64,000 nt of DNA, taken from positions 19,218 to 83,217 of the IMG/VR virus record IMGVR_UViG_3300008267_000023; one strand, written 5' to 3'. Made by a program: the position numbers and the translations under genes. Below the pieces are notes generated by a model. It worked only from the letters and a program-made list of their open reading frames with translations, ran no database searches and had not been told where the DNA came from. Positions 1-11,600 of this stretch are shown in pieces (within the stretch, counting starts at the first letter, position 1; every line of letters starts with the position of its first letter). The DNA is from a virus.

Positions 1-1
1 G

Positions 2-559
2 AAAGGAAAACTTGTTAGATTATCATCTGGAATATCTAATGAAACAGGTGATTTATCAACAGTACGACAGCAATTACAGTATGCCCAAAAGATGGGGGCA
101 AAGGGAGTTCAATTAATGGGAACAAGTGTAGATAGGGGAGATTTATCTCCATTGAATGCAAAGTTACAAGCATTAGCAAATGAATTTCCTGGATTTGTTC
201 AATTTACTGGTGGGTTCAATGCTGCTGATAAAATTCATCCAGACTATAAAAAGTATAGTCAAAAATTACAGAATATGATGAAAGGTGGAATGGGAGGGGA
301 AGGAGTGGACATGTCTAAATTTGCTCCAGGTGCTCTTTCTAAATTAGAAAATTACCCAGAATATAATGCTCCAGGTTCATCAATTGTTTTAGTTCCTATT
401 GGTGGACAATCTGCACCTTCGGGGTCTAATGCTCCAATGACTGTTACTAGTGCTGGAGGTGGTGGAACTCCTCCCCCAATGATTATGGGAAAATCACAGG
501 CACAGGTGGTAAATAGTTTAATGAAAACTCTTCTTCTCACAAATCTTTCACAAACATAA
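2..559 (+). CDS. C-terminal part of a large baseplate-hub/tape-measure-region virion protein (5' truncated); possible SGNH-like domain
   Basis: Frame is open from base 2; DKIHP motif; G/P-rich low-complexity tail; lies directly upstream of the hub gene. Confidence 0.55.
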   Translation, partial: KGKLVRLSSGISNETGDLSTVRQQLQYAQKMGAKGVQLMGTSVDRGDLSPLNAKLQALANEFPGFVQFTGGFNAADKIHPDYKKYSQKLQNMMKGGMGGEGVDMSKFAPGALSKLENYPEYNAPGSSIVLVPIGGQSAPSGSNAPMTVTSAGGGGTPPPMIMGKSQAQVVNSLMKTLLLTNLSQT

Positions 560-1869
560 TGTCAAATCCATTTATAACAGGTTTAACATATAATTTTGTT
601 GTCATAGAGTCTCTTGACGGCAAGAAAAAAATTGACATTACAAATTCTGTTTTGTTTGCAGATTATTATGAAGATATACTTTCACCTTGTGTCACCATGA
701 GTATGATGATACAGAATTCGACTTCTCTTTTTAATTTTTTACCGATAAGAGGAGGAGAAAGAGTATCATTTAGTGTTCAGACTGGATCTGGTGAATTTAC
801 CTTAGATGAAAAATTTTCTATGTATGTTTTCAAGGTGAGTGATATTATTGCCGAAGACATGAAAGAAATGTTCACATTGCATTTGACTTCAAGAGAAGGA
901 ATCACAAATGAAACGACAAGATGCTTTAAAAAATATGAAGGAAATATCAAAACAACAGTAGAATCTATATTAAAGAATGATTTAAAAAGTGAGAAATATG
1001 AAACTAAGAATATTGAAAGTACATCAAATAGCTATAATTTTATTGGCAACACAAGAAAACCATTTACGGTATTAACTTGGTTGGGACCAAAAGCAATGCC
1101 AAATGCATCTGGTGGTGTTTCTGGAAAAGGAAACAGTGGAGAAGCAAAAGGAACTTCTGGTTATTTGTTCTATGAAAATAAAGAAGGATTCAATTTCAAA
1201 AGTATTGATAGTTTAGTTTCTAGTACTCAAATTGGATCTTCTTCGGCAGATTCTAAAACCATATCAAAGTATGTTTACACTGGAGTAGTCGAAGCAAGTA
1301 AAGTAGAAAATGCATTTATAATTTTAAACTATAATATAGAAAAAAATATTGATTTATTAAAGAGTCTAAGAGTCGGAATGTATTCAAATAAAACATACTT
1401 TTATGATTTTTATACTGGTCATATGGACATTTACACTTATAAACTGAAAGACCAAATCAAAAATACATTAGGAACAGATGATACGATAGCAGTTTCTAAA
1501 GAACTTGGTGATTCGTGGACAAGAATAATGGTCAGAACTTCTGATAGAGGTGTTTTAGATAAAGAAACTGTAGTAAAAGAATCAGGAAGAGATGTTGCGG
1601 ATATGGCAAAATCTGCATCAAGATATAACATTTTATTTACTCAGTCACTAAATATGGTAGTACCATGTAACATTAAACTAAAAGCTGGTGACGTAATTCA
1701 AGCTGAATTTCCTGCAATCGAAGTAACCGATAAAAAACAAGCTGACAAACAACAAAGTGGAAATTATTTAATTAAAGAATTAAGACACCATTTTGAACTG
1801 AATCAAGTAGTGACAAGTTTAAAATTGATTCGTGATAGTTATGGATTATATGGGTCTTCTAACCGATAA
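559..1869 (+). CDS. baseplate hub protein (T4 gp27-like)
   Basis: 436 aa; YYEDILSP, LFYENKEGFNFKSID and SGNYLIKELRHHF motifs; synteny before gp5. Confidence 0.7.
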   Translation: MSNPFITGLTYNFVVIESLDGKKKIDITNSVLFADYYEDILSPCVTMSMMIQNSTSLFNFLPIRGGERVSFSVQTGSGEFTLDEKFSMYVFKVSDIIAEDMKEMFTLHLTSREGITNETTRCFKKYEGNIKTTVESILKNDLKSEKYETKNIESTSNSYNFIGNTRKPFTVLTWLGPKAMPNASGGVSGKGNSGEAKGTSGYLFYENKEGFNFKSIDSLVSSTQIGSSSADSKTISKYVYTGVVEASKVENAFIILNYNIEKNIDLLKSLRVGMYSNKTYFYDFYTGHMDIYTYKLKDQIKNTLGTDDTIAVSKELGDSWTRIMVRTSDRGVLDKETVVKESGRDVADMAKSASRYNILFTQSLNMVVPCNIKLKAGDVIQAEFPAIEVTDKKQADKQQSGNYLIKELRHHFELNQVVTSLKLIRDSYGLYGSSNR

Positions 1870-1874
1870 AAACT

Positions 1875-2084
1875 ATGGAACTTCAACAGACCATCAATGA
1901 TATTTGCGAGGAACTAGAAAGTCCTGCAATAAATAAACAAAGAAAAAGATATTTGGACAATTATCTTTTAGAACTTTTAGAATATCAAAAGCATAATCCA
2001 GACACTCTTGATTGTCCAACTCATCTAGAGTTGTACTGTGATTTAAACCCAGGCGCACCCGAATGCAGAATTTTCGATGATTGA
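1875..2084 (+). CDS. cp12: CP12 Calvin-cycle inhibitor, cyanophage type
   Basis: C-terminal LELYCDLNPGAPECRIFDD is the CP12 signature. Confidence 0.9.
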   Translation: MELQQTINDICEELESPAINKQRKRYLDNYLLELLEYQKHNPDTLDCPTHLELYCDLNPGAPECRIFDD

Positions 2085-4647
2085 AGGATCTTTATTAAAA
2101 TCAAACTATCTTGGAAAAGATGGATTTATTTGGTGGATAGGACAAGTTGCTCCAGCAAAAGTCTGGAGAGATGAGAAATCTTGGCCAGATGCTGGTAAAA
2201 ATAAAAAAGGAGAAAAGAGTGGTAGTTGGGCATATCGTTGTAAGGTAAGAATTATTGGGTATCATCCATTTGATAGAAATGTCCTTCCAGACAACGATTT
2301 GCCTTGGGCACACGTATTAACCACTGGAGCAGAAGGAGCAATTCAAGGAGGTGTTGGACAAACACTGAGATTGACTGGTGGGGAAACTGCCTTTGGTTTC
2401 TTCTTGGATGGTGATGATGGACAACAACCAGTAGTTGTCGGTTGTTTGCATAGAAATGAAAGTGTTGAAAATTTCCCATCAGAATCAATTGCCGATCAAC
2501 TAAGACCCTTTACTGGTCATACTGGACCATTGAGGCAAGGAGCAACGCAGATAAGAAAGCAAAATGATGGTGTTCAAGGTGAACCAAAAACATCAAACTC
2601 AATAACAGATATTGCTTTCTCTAAAGATATTGGTGATTTATCACAAACAACTAGAGAAGAAAATAAATCAGGAGCAGATCAATTTATCCGAGAAGATTAT
2701 GCATCTCAGCAATTTGCTGCAGAGGTTGGTGAAGTTTGTATTGTTAGAGAAAATGGATGTAATGATAATTTAATTGGGAAAATATCAAAAATATTACAAG
2801 AATTTATTCAATTTGTAGGAAGAATACAAGATTTTATTGGAACTTATATTGACCCAATATTAAACGAGTTTGTTGATATAGTTAATGAAATACGAGGATT
2901 TGCTAGAAGAATCGTTGGAGTTGTAAAATTCATAATCAATAATCTTCGTGGTTCAATCATTAAATTGGTAACAAACTTATTTCGTGATTTTATCGCAAAG
3001 GTTCTGCCACTACCACAACACCCACCAGTAGCAGAAGCAACGAAAAATATCATCAATATTATTTTCTGTTTATTTGAAAAATTAATTCCATTAATTATAG
3101 ATTATATTGTTAATCTTTTGACCAATATGATTGGTAAAATAATCAATGCACCATTGTGTGCTGTTGAAGAATTTACTGCAGCAATTCTTGGGAAGTTGAT
3201 GGAATTTATTGAAGACCTTCTTGGTCCAGTCATGTCTGGATTGAATTGGTTAATTGGTGGAATTGGAAAGATAAGTAATGTCTTGGGACAAATCTCATCT
3301 ATTGCACAACAGATTCTTAATTTTATTGGGTGCGATCAATTAAAATGCGAAACTGCCACTCAATGGTGTGCTGATGGTGGAGCATCTAAAAAAGGAAAAG
3401 ATAGTTGGTCTAGAACCCTTAAAAAGTTAAACTTTATGAAAGGAGTTAACCAAAGCATTGATGATGCTATTGGATCTACTTCATTGTTTGGATATACTGG
3501 ACCATCACCATTTAGAGACTGTTCACAAAGAGTAAATAATCCAACAAATCAAATAGACAAAACAAAACTTCCAACAGGAATGGTATACTCTTCATGTATA
3601 CCTCCGACACTTGAAATATTTGGAACAGGAATTAACGCACAAGCAATTCCTATTGTTGGAAATGATGGTAAAATATTGACTGTTGAAATATTAAATTCAG
3701 GAAAGGGTTACACAAAACCACCATCAATTAATGTAATTGATAATACAAATAATGGTTCGGGTGCCCAACTTGAAGCTAAAATTAGAAATGGAAGAATCGA
3801 GTCCATATATGTGGTAAATCCTGGATCTGGTTATTGTTTGCCAGATTATGCAAATACTTTTGTCTCCCCCACTTATTTTGTAACCGCAGATAAATACACA
3901 GTTTTTGAAGGTGAGACAATAAACTTTACAATAATAACTACAAATTTAGCAGATAATACTGAACTGAGTTACGATATTGGTGGAGATGTCACAATTGAAG
4001 ATTTGGAGATTGCTTCATTATCTAATAAAATAAAGATAGTTAATAATACAGCAACGTTATCTGTTAAAGTAAGGCAAGATAGTCAAACAGAACCTGTTGA
4101 AACTTTGATGTTTAATCTTTATGACCCAGATGATGATTTTGTCGCAAAGACAACTATTATAATTGGAAATAGACTTTCTCCGACACTTCCTCCAGCATTA
4201 AATCAACCAAATGAATCTCCACCAGGAACTCTAATTCCTGATGATTTAGGTGGAACTGCTGGTATTGGAACTACTTCATTACCAGGAAATCTAATTCCAT
4301 TCCCTGGAATATCTACCTTTACTGGTATTGGAACCAATGTTGTTGGTGTGATTACAAACTTTGCTATTCCCAATCCAGGGTTTGGATATACCTCTGGTGA
4401 TACTGTTAAATTTGAGAACTGTGTTTTTGGAGTAATTGTCACACCAACTGGAGCAATTGTTGGGTTGAATTCAATTAATTCGTGTAACAGCAACTTTACT
4501 ACAAATCCAGGACCAGCAGAAATTATTACTACTACAGGTGAAGGTGCGACAATATATCCAATAATACAATTCAAACCAACGTTCAATAAGATTACTGTTG
4601 TTAATCAATTTGGTGTTATTAATGTTATTGATTGTATCACTAAATAA
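2077..4647 (+). CDS. gp5: baseplate central spike / hub protein, gp5-like
   Basis: N-terminal GFIWWIGQV...RCKVRIIGYH...LPWA...GFFLDG...PVVVG OB-fold typical of gp5. Confidence 0.85.
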   Translation: MIEGSLLKSNYLGKDGFIWWIGQVAPAKVWRDEKSWPDAGKNKKGEKSGSWAYRCKVRIIGYHPFDRNVLPDNDLPWAHVLTTGAEGAIQGGVGQTLRLTGGETAFGFFLDGDDGQQPVVVGCLHRNESVENFPSESIADQLRPFTGHTGPLRQGATQIRKQNDGVQGEPKTSNSITDIAFSKDIGDLSQTTREENKSGADQFIREDYASQQFAAEVGEVCIVRENGCNDNLIGKISKILQEFIQFVGRIQDFIGTYIDPILNEFVDIVNEIRGFARRIVGVVKFIINNLRGSIIKLVTNLFRDFIAKVLPLPQHPPVAEATKNIINIIFCLFEKLIPLIIDYIVNLLTNMIGKIINAPLCAVEEFTAAILGKLMEFIEDLLGPVMSGLNWLIGGIGKISNVLGQISSIAQQILNFIGCDQLKCETATQWCADGGASKKGKDSWSRTLKKLNFMKGVNQSIDDAIGSTSLFGYTGPSPFRDCSQRVNNPTNQIDKTKLPTGMVYSSCIPPTLEIFGTGINAQAIPIVGNDGKILTVEILNSGKGYTKPPSINVIDNTNNGSGAQLEAKIRNGRIESIYVVNPGSGYCLPDYANTFVSPTYFVTADKYTVFEGETINFTIITTNLADNTELSYDIGGDVTIEDLEIASLSNKIKIVNNTATLSVKVRQDSQTEPVETLMFNLYDPDDDFVAKTTIIIGNRLSPTLPPALNQPNESPPGTLIPDDLGGTAGIGTTSLPGNLIPFPGISTFTGIGTNVVGVITNFAIPNPGFGYTSGDTVKFENCVFGVIVTPTGAIVGLNSINSCNSNFTTNPGPAEIITTTGEGATIYPIIQFKPTFNKITVVNQFGVINVIDCITK

Positions 4648-4667
4648 AAGAAATCTCTTCTTATAAA

Positions 4668-5219
4668 ATGACGGATCAACCAAAAGAGTGGTGGCAACAG
4701 GGATATGGATTTAAAGTTCAAGCAGGAACAAAAATAAATGGAAAGGAAGTTGGTTATGGTGTGATAACCGATGAGCATACTGGATATGCTTATTATAAAA
4801 ATGGTGACAAATGGGATTTGTCTTTGAAAACTTCATTGGAAGTTTGCGGAAAAAAGGTAAATGAAAAAGAACCAGCAAAAATTATCTATGCAAAAAATGG
4901 TGATATCCATTTCGAGGCAGTGAATGGTCAAATTACCTTGAAAGCAAGAAGCATTCGTCTTGTTGCAGAAGACGGTGAGGGAGAAGTTACAATTCAAGCA
5001 GGAAAAGTTGTTGAAATTGATGGTCCAACAAGTAGAATAAAAGGAACAAATATTGATATTCCCGCACAAAACTCTGTTAATATTATGGGTCAATATGTAG
5101 AAACCGCAGCAGGGGTACAAGAATCTAGCTCATCTTTAGTTGATATCTTCCAAGGATCTTTTATTGGACAGATTTTAAATTCACTTGGAAATTTGAAGAA
5201 GTTCTTACAATTACTATAA
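4668..5219 (+). CDS. gp5 C-terminal-like beta-helix spike protein
   Basis: Repeating I-x-A-x-x-G-x-I-x-L beta-helix pattern; follows gp5. Confidence 0.6.
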   Translation: MTDQPKEWWQQGYGFKVQAGTKINGKEVGYGVITDEHTGYAYYKNGDKWDLSLKTSLEVCGKKVNEKEPAKIIYAKNGDIHFEAVNGQITLKARSIRLVAEDGEGEVTIQAGKVVEIDGPTSRIKGTNIDIPAQNSVNIMGQYVETAAGVQESSSSLVDIFQGSFIGQILNSLGNLKKFLQLL

Positions 5220-5223
5220 TACT

Positions 5224-6162
5224 ATGCCAGCACTATCATCTATCTCAACTGTTGGGGATAAACTTATTGTAGGACAAATTGACACTTCATTTTTGACTGC
5301 ATCAACTAGAGTAACACCAGGGACAGCAGTTTTAAATGGACCAGTTTATATTGGTGCCACACCACAGTTTGGTATTGCTCGTGCTACATGCATGATTGGT
5401 CCACCATTGGGCAGTCTTGCTGCACCAGCATCTTTAGAAGTTACTGGAATAACAAATATAATTGGTTCATTAAATGTATTTGCAGTGAGTCTATTTACTG
5501 GAGTTACCACAAAAAATGGACTTACAATTAAAAATGCTTTAAGTTTAAAGAATGGAGTTGACTTAAAAAATTCGTTAAACTTGGGAAATGCACTTACTTT
5601 AAATAATGCTCCTGGAATTTTTCATGGATCTTTGACAGTTAATGGTATAATTGAATGCTTTGATGTTTCTATCCCAGTAACTACTTTATCAGCAACACAT
5701 GCGATTGCAACAAAAGCACTTGCTCTAGCAGGAAAGGGATTTGATATCCCACACCCAACGAAAAAAGATCACAGGTTGAGATATATTTGTCTGGAAGGTC
5801 CAGAAGTTGGGGCATACATTCGAGGAAAATTAGAAAATGGTAATATTATCGAATTGCCAGATTATTGGAGAAATCTTGTTCATCCAGAAACAATTAGTGT
5901 TAACTTAACTCCCATTGGACAATATCAAGAACTATTTGTAGAATCAATTGAATGGGGAACAAGAATTAAAATTAAAAATAATTCTGGGGCATCAATTAAA
6001 TGTTATTATACTGTATTTGCAGAAAGAGTTACGAATGATAAATTACAACCAGAATACAAGGGATTGACACCAGCAGACTATCCAGGAGATAATAGTGAAT
6101 ATGCTTTAGCAGGTTGGGATTATGCAGTCCACAAGGGAGAAAATAAAACACCAGGTTTATGA
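5224..6162 (+). CDS. virion spike-associated protein with C-terminal chaperone-like domain
   Basis: FDIPHPTK...RLRYICLEGPE...IELPDYW...VFAER motif; structural operon. Confidence 0.55.
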   Translation: MPALSSISTVGDKLIVGQIDTSFLTASTRVTPGTAVLNGPVYIGATPQFGIARATCMIGPPLGSLAAPASLEVTGITNIIGSLNVFAVSLFTGVTTKNGLTIKNALSLKNGVDLKNSLNLGNALTLNNAPGIFHGSLTVNGIIECFDVSIPVTTLSATHAIATKALALAGKGFDIPHPTKKDHRLRYICLEGPEVGAYIRGKLENGNIIELPDYWRNLVHPETISVNLTPIGQYQELFVESIEWGTRIKIKNNSGASIKCYYTVFAERVTNDKLQPEYKGLTPADYPGDNSEYALAGWDYAVHKGENKTPGL

Positions 6163-6841
6163 AATATTTCCAACGGTAATTTATCGTGGTGAAATAACAT
6201 GTCATGAAGAATTTAAGAAGCAATATATTACAGAACTATGTGATTACTGGCACTATTCTGAAGAACTTCCACGAGAAGAATTAGAATCACCAGAAAATTC
6301 TGGAAGATATTTTCTTCACCATAATGAAAAGTACAAAGATTTTTTTAAGTGCCTATCCAATAATGTTAGAGAATATCTAAATGTTCTAGATGTTGATGAT
6401 TCACTAATTGATATTCATGTAACAAAGTCTTGGGTGAATATTCACAAAGAGGATCTCCCAAATATAAAGGTACATACTCATAATTGTAGTGATATATCAT
6501 TTTGCTATTATTTAAATTGCAACGAAACCTCAGATAAACTATGTTTTCATCAAACTAAAAATAACAATGAAGTATCTGAGTTTATGTTTCAAACAACAAG
6601 AAGCGGAAAATATAATTTAATAGAAAAATTTAACAAATATAATTGTAATAGTTTTAATGTGACTCCAATAGAAGGAACTGTAGTTCTTTTCCCAAGTTCT
6701 CTAATGCATTCTACTATTCAACTTTTGGAGAGAGAAGGTCAAAGAATTTCAATCTGTGGTGATGTTACGTTAACTGTAAAAGAAAATTATGTAAAATGCG
6801 AGTACAGTAGACTTAATCCTTCTTTGTGGAGATCTTTCTAG
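6122..6841 (+). CDS. 2OG-Fe(II) oxygenase superfamily protein
   Basis: HTH...SFCYY and LFPSSLMHS...RISI double-stranded beta-helix motifs. Confidence 0.8.
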   Translation: MQSTREKIKHQVYEIFPTVIYRGEITCHEEFKKQYITELCDYWHYSEELPREELESPENSGRYFLHHNEKYKDFFKCLSNNVREYLNVLDVDDSLIDIHVTKSWVNIHKEDLPNIKVHTHNCSDISFCYYLNCNETSDKLCFHQTKNNNEVSEFMFQTTRSGKYNLIEKFNKYNCNSFNVTPIEGTVVLFPSSLMHSTIQLLEREGQRISICGDVTLTVKENYVKCEYSRLNPSLWRSF

Positions 6842-6880
6842 TAAAATAAATACTAAAAATGGTGTAAAAGTATCTTTACA

Positions 6881-8566
6881 ATGTCTGAATCAAGAGAAAT
6901 AATTGCAGAATTAAAAGAAGAATTGCAACTCAAAATAAAACAAAGAGAAGGAATTCTTGACAGATTATCATTGGTCGATATTGAAATCGACAAAATGGAT
7001 GATTTAATCATTGGAATTGATAGAGATGCAATCGGAGTAACCAATACTATAAATCAATCAGTAACTCCAGTTAAGACTGCGTATGATGCCAGAATTACTT
7101 CTGGATGCAGAACTGATTTAATATGGGAGGAACTTAGATCCTATGAATCTTGGGTTACGAGTGGTGCAGGAGATGGAGCAGGAATTACTAGAGTAACATT
7201 TACCGAATATCAAGTACAAAAAAATAGTGATGTATATGATTTTAAATCATATCATGGTTTAAAATATTACCAAAAACCATCAAATAAAGATTATGGTTCT
7301 AATTTAATTACCGAATTTGATGGTTATATTGCCATGGGGTCAAGTGTTATTGGTGTCAATAATGCAACTATTCTTCCATCTGTAATTAAAATTGGAGATA
7401 CCTTAAGTGACAATTTAGACAATCCACAAGCATTCACTACTGGGGACCTTCCAGAGGTTGTTGGGTTTGGAACAACCACTGTTGTTGGAATAGTAACAAC
7501 TTTAGTTGGGGGAATATCTACTGGTTCTTACATTTTCTCTAATTTTGGTGCTGGTAGTCTGAGTGGACTAACAACAGGGATGATTTTATTAGCACCAGAA
7601 GTTACAGGAATGACAACAAGTTATGTTGGTGTTTTAACTACAAATGGTTATACTTCAATCGTTGGTTTTGGTAGTACAACTCAAACTATTGAATATTATA
7701 ATGAAGTCGGAATATTGAGTACGTCTACTCTTTTAGTTCCTTCTTTAATTTTAGATAAGCCTGCAACTAATTACTTAGAAGAGGGAACATTTAGAGTTGG
7801 TATACTAACTTCCCTCCCAGCATTTTTTATATCCACTAGTGCATTAGCATCATTTGCAAGTACAACAGTATATGCAATTAGGAACACTCCAGATATTGAT
7901 GCCGATTTTGACTATAAATCAAATCCAAATAGTCCAGAAAAAATCGGAATTATAGATGCATCAACTGTTGGATTTGGACATAGTGTTTTTTATAATGCCT
8001 CAGGGAATCCTGCGGAGACAAAATCATGGAAACCAGAAACTGCAATGGAAAGAATAAAAATTGAAGGTGCTCCTGACATTCCAGCAGTTAAAGAACCAAA
8101 AGTTGGAGCAGGAAGAGCAGATTATTATATTGGAACAAAACAATGGCCAATAATAACAACTTGCACTAGTAGTGGGGGAGAAACCCCAATTATAACTTGC
8201 ACATCTGCATATGCACAATTGGGAACAAAAGTTACTATTGGAGGAACTTCTAATTTAGTATCAATTGGGTATACGGGAATGGCAAATGGAGGACCAGATC
8301 CAAATGGCGGTGCCTGTGCAGCATATGATACGGCAATCACAAATGCAACAAATAATATGAACACTGTAATTTCAGCAAATAGACCGACTGCAGAGAAATT
8401 GGTTTCTATGACAAAACGATTGAGAGAAAGACGTTCAGAAAAAGAATCATATGCTTGGTCTCTTCTTCAAGCAGCATCAAGAACAAGAGAAGAAATTGAA
8501 AAATTAAAATCTCAAATTTCTGAAATGGAAAATTTTGACTTTTCTAAGTACGAAAAGAAAAAATAA
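6881..8566 (+). CDS. virion structural protein
   Basis: Coiled-coil termini with G/T/S-rich core; late-type ATAAATA upstream. Confidence 0.55.
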   Translation: MSESREIIAELKEELQLKIKQREGILDRLSLVDIEIDKMDDLIIGIDRDAIGVTNTINQSVTPVKTAYDARITSGCRTDLIWEELRSYESWVTSGAGDGAGITRVTFTEYQVQKNSDVYDFKSYHGLKYYQKPSNKDYGSNLITEFDGYIAMGSSVIGVNNATILPSVIKIGDTLSDNLDNPQAFTTGDLPEVVGFGTTTVVGIVTTLVGGISTGSYIFSNFGAGSLSGLTTGMILLAPEVTGMTTSYVGVLTTNGYTSIVGFGSTTQTIEYYNEVGILSTSTLLVPSLILDKPATNYLEEGTFRVGILTSLPAFFISTSALASFASTTVYAIRNTPDIDADFDYKSNPNSPEKIGIIDASTVGFGHSVFYNASGNPAETKSWKPETAMERIKIEGAPDIPAVKEPKVGAGRADYYIGTKQWPIITTCTSSGGETPIITCTSAYAQLGTKVTIGGTSNLVSIGYTGMANGGPDPNGGACAAYDTAITNATNNMNTVISANRPTAEKLVSMTKRLRERRSEKESYAWSLLQAASRTREEIEKLKSQISEMENFDFSKYEKKK

Positions 8567-8612
8567 AAAGGGCAACTATATATTATAAGAACAAAAAGTA
8601 TACAAATAACTA

Positions 8613-11600
8613 ATGGCAGACAGATATCCTTTAATTGCCAATCCAACATCTAAACAAATAGAGGAATTGGCAGCTAATGACAATTTAAGTTTGTTGGGAA
8701 ATAGTATTGTAGGTGCTTCCACAATCACTGCCAATCAATTTATTGGAAATTTGGCTGGTTCTGCCACTACTTCTACATTCCTTTTTAGTGGTGCAAATAT
8801 TTTATCTGGAATAATTAGTCCCGATAGATTGAATGGATTTTACCCAATCGGTGTTTCCACTGCTAATGTATTAAATAATGCAACTAATATACTCAGTGGA
8901 ACAGTTCCAAGGGCAAGGTTGGGTGGTGATTATGACATTAATATCACTGGTACTGCTTCTACCTCAACTTCTCTAACAAATGCTTCAAATATAACTGGAG
9001 GCATTGTTCCTGCAGCAAGATTGAGTGGTGTATATAACATTGATATTACAGGAACGGCATATCAGGCAGTTGGTGCTGCTGCATCACTTACTATTTTTGA
9101 GCAAACTGATAACCAAGTACAATTTTTAACATATACGAAAGACTTCAATAAAGATACAAGTGCTTTCGTAAATCCTCTCGGTTTAGTCTATAATCCTGGT
9201 TTAAATTTTGTTGGTATTGGCACTTCTGTACCTACAGCAAATTTAGATGTTCTTGGTACATTGCGTACTGTAGGATTAACAACATCTAATAATTTATTCG
9301 CATTAGTTGCAAGAATCCCTACATTACAGGGAGTTACTTCTATTGATGAAACGACAAAAAATACAATAGAAGTATCCCTCGGTCTTGATGTATTAAATGA
9401 TTTAACAGTTGTTGGATTAAGTACATTTGATGCATTAAGAGTAGTTGGAATAACCACTCTCAACAATGTGTCAGTTACTGGTGTAGCAACTCAAGTTACT
9501 GCTAATATAACTAATTTAAATGCCACAAGAGCAAATATATCTGGTGTAACTACAGTATTTTCGGTTAGTGTTGGGTCAACTCAAATTATTAGCAGTTCCA
9601 GACAACTTCAGAATTTATCTGGAATAGACTCAACTACTGCTGCTTCCTTTAGAGCAGACCTTGGACTAAACGCACTGACTAGCATTAATGTAACTGGATT
9701 GAGTACTTTCCAGGATGTTAATGTTGCTGGAATAACTACATTGAATAATGTCAATGTATCTGGTGCAGCAACATTCCAGACAATAAATGCCACCACTTTC
9801 CTTGGATCTGGTGCTGCACTTTCTGGTATTGTGACAGCAATCATTCCTGGAATTGGGGTTACCATCAATCCAGTAAATGGAAAAGGCAGTGTTAGAATTG
9901 ATGCTTATAAACCAATTGGAAAAACAATCTTTGTTACTCAAAGTGGCAATGATGGAAATAGTGGATTAACAGAAAATGATTCTAAGGCAACCATAAAGGC
10001 AGCAGCAGCAATTGCAATGCCTGGAGATACCATTAAAGTTTTCCCTGGTTATTATGTAGAGAACAACCCAATAGTTCTTTCCAGAAATGTTGCGGTAGAA
10101 GGAACAGAATTAAGAAACTGTTTAGTAAGTCCACTAAATTCAGATAAAGACTTATTCCATGTTAATAATGCAGTTCATATTACCGACTTGAGTTTTGTTG
10201 GTGCTGATTCAACAAATGGTGCTGCTGTTGTTGCATTCCAACCACTAGTCGGAGTATCAAGTAATAGATTCTTTGATGCTGCAAGAATGATTCGAATGAA
10301 TCTTGATTTTATTGCAAATGAAGCAGTTGGTTATTTAACAAGTACCAGTTACAAATCTCCAGCATTCGTTGTTCCAACTGGAAATTCAAAAGATTGCAGT
10401 GATGACATCAAGGATATTTTTAAAGCAATTTGCCATGATATAACTAGAGGTGGAAACTCTAAATGTGTAGGTGCAGGAAAGTCATATTATAGTGAAAACA
10501 CGTTACAGCACATTACTGGAACAGATACAAATGGTTATAGTGTAAAAGAAGCAACTATTGATGCAATTAAGTACGCAGTGGGAATTGCATTTTCTTGTAT
10601 TAATAATGTTTCTTGGAATGGAAACTATCAAAATACATTTACTCAAGTAAAAGATGAAGGCATTCTGCCAGATCCAGTAACAGGTTCAAATAAGAGTATT
10701 GCTTCTTGCTCCAATGTTCTTTCTGCAGTTAATACTTGTGCAGGTATTGTAACGACTATCATTGGAGCAGGTTCATCAATTCTTGGTGTGGGAATCAATA
10801 CCACTTATCCTGGAAACGCAGGTGCTGGAACAACTATTCCAAATCATCCTTCATTCTCTCCTGGTGTTGGACCAATTCTTCAGGGTCCTTATATTAGAAA
10901 CTGTACTAATTTCATACCTAAGAGCATTGGTATGAAGGTCGATGGATTTGCAGCAGAGCCAGGTGATAAAGATGATGTAGGTGTAACAGGTTCAATGTCT
11001 GTTGACTCATATACACAATACAATCAAGGTGGTATTGGAGTATCAATCACAAATGGTGCTTATGCTCAGTTAGTTTCAATCTTTACTATTTGTTGTGATA
11101 CTGCAATCTATACAGAATCTGGTGGTCAATGTGATATTACAAACTCAAACTCATCATTTGGTAATTATGGTTTAGTTTCAATTGGAGTTGGCAATAATAA
11201 CACTAAATCAATCTATACTTTAACTGGAACTGCTTCAACAACAACCACAACTGGTCAAAATGAAGTTACAATATCTGGTATTGGAAGTTATAGACCATAT
11301 GACGGACAAGTTGTTTATTTTGATAAACTTTATTATTCGGTTCAAGAGATTCAAGTTACTGATGGTGGTTCTGGATACACTGCTGTTCCTAGAGTCACAA
11401 TTGATGCACCAACTGGTCCAAATGGAATTACGGCACAAGCATCAGCAACTGTAGAAAATGGTAGAGTTACTACAATTACTGTTGTTACTGCAGGAAGTCA
11501 ATATGATTCCCTGCCAAATGTGACAATTCAATCCCCAGATTCTGGAACTACTGCGACTGCACAGGCTTCAAGAATTGACCCAATTTACTATAGAATTTTG

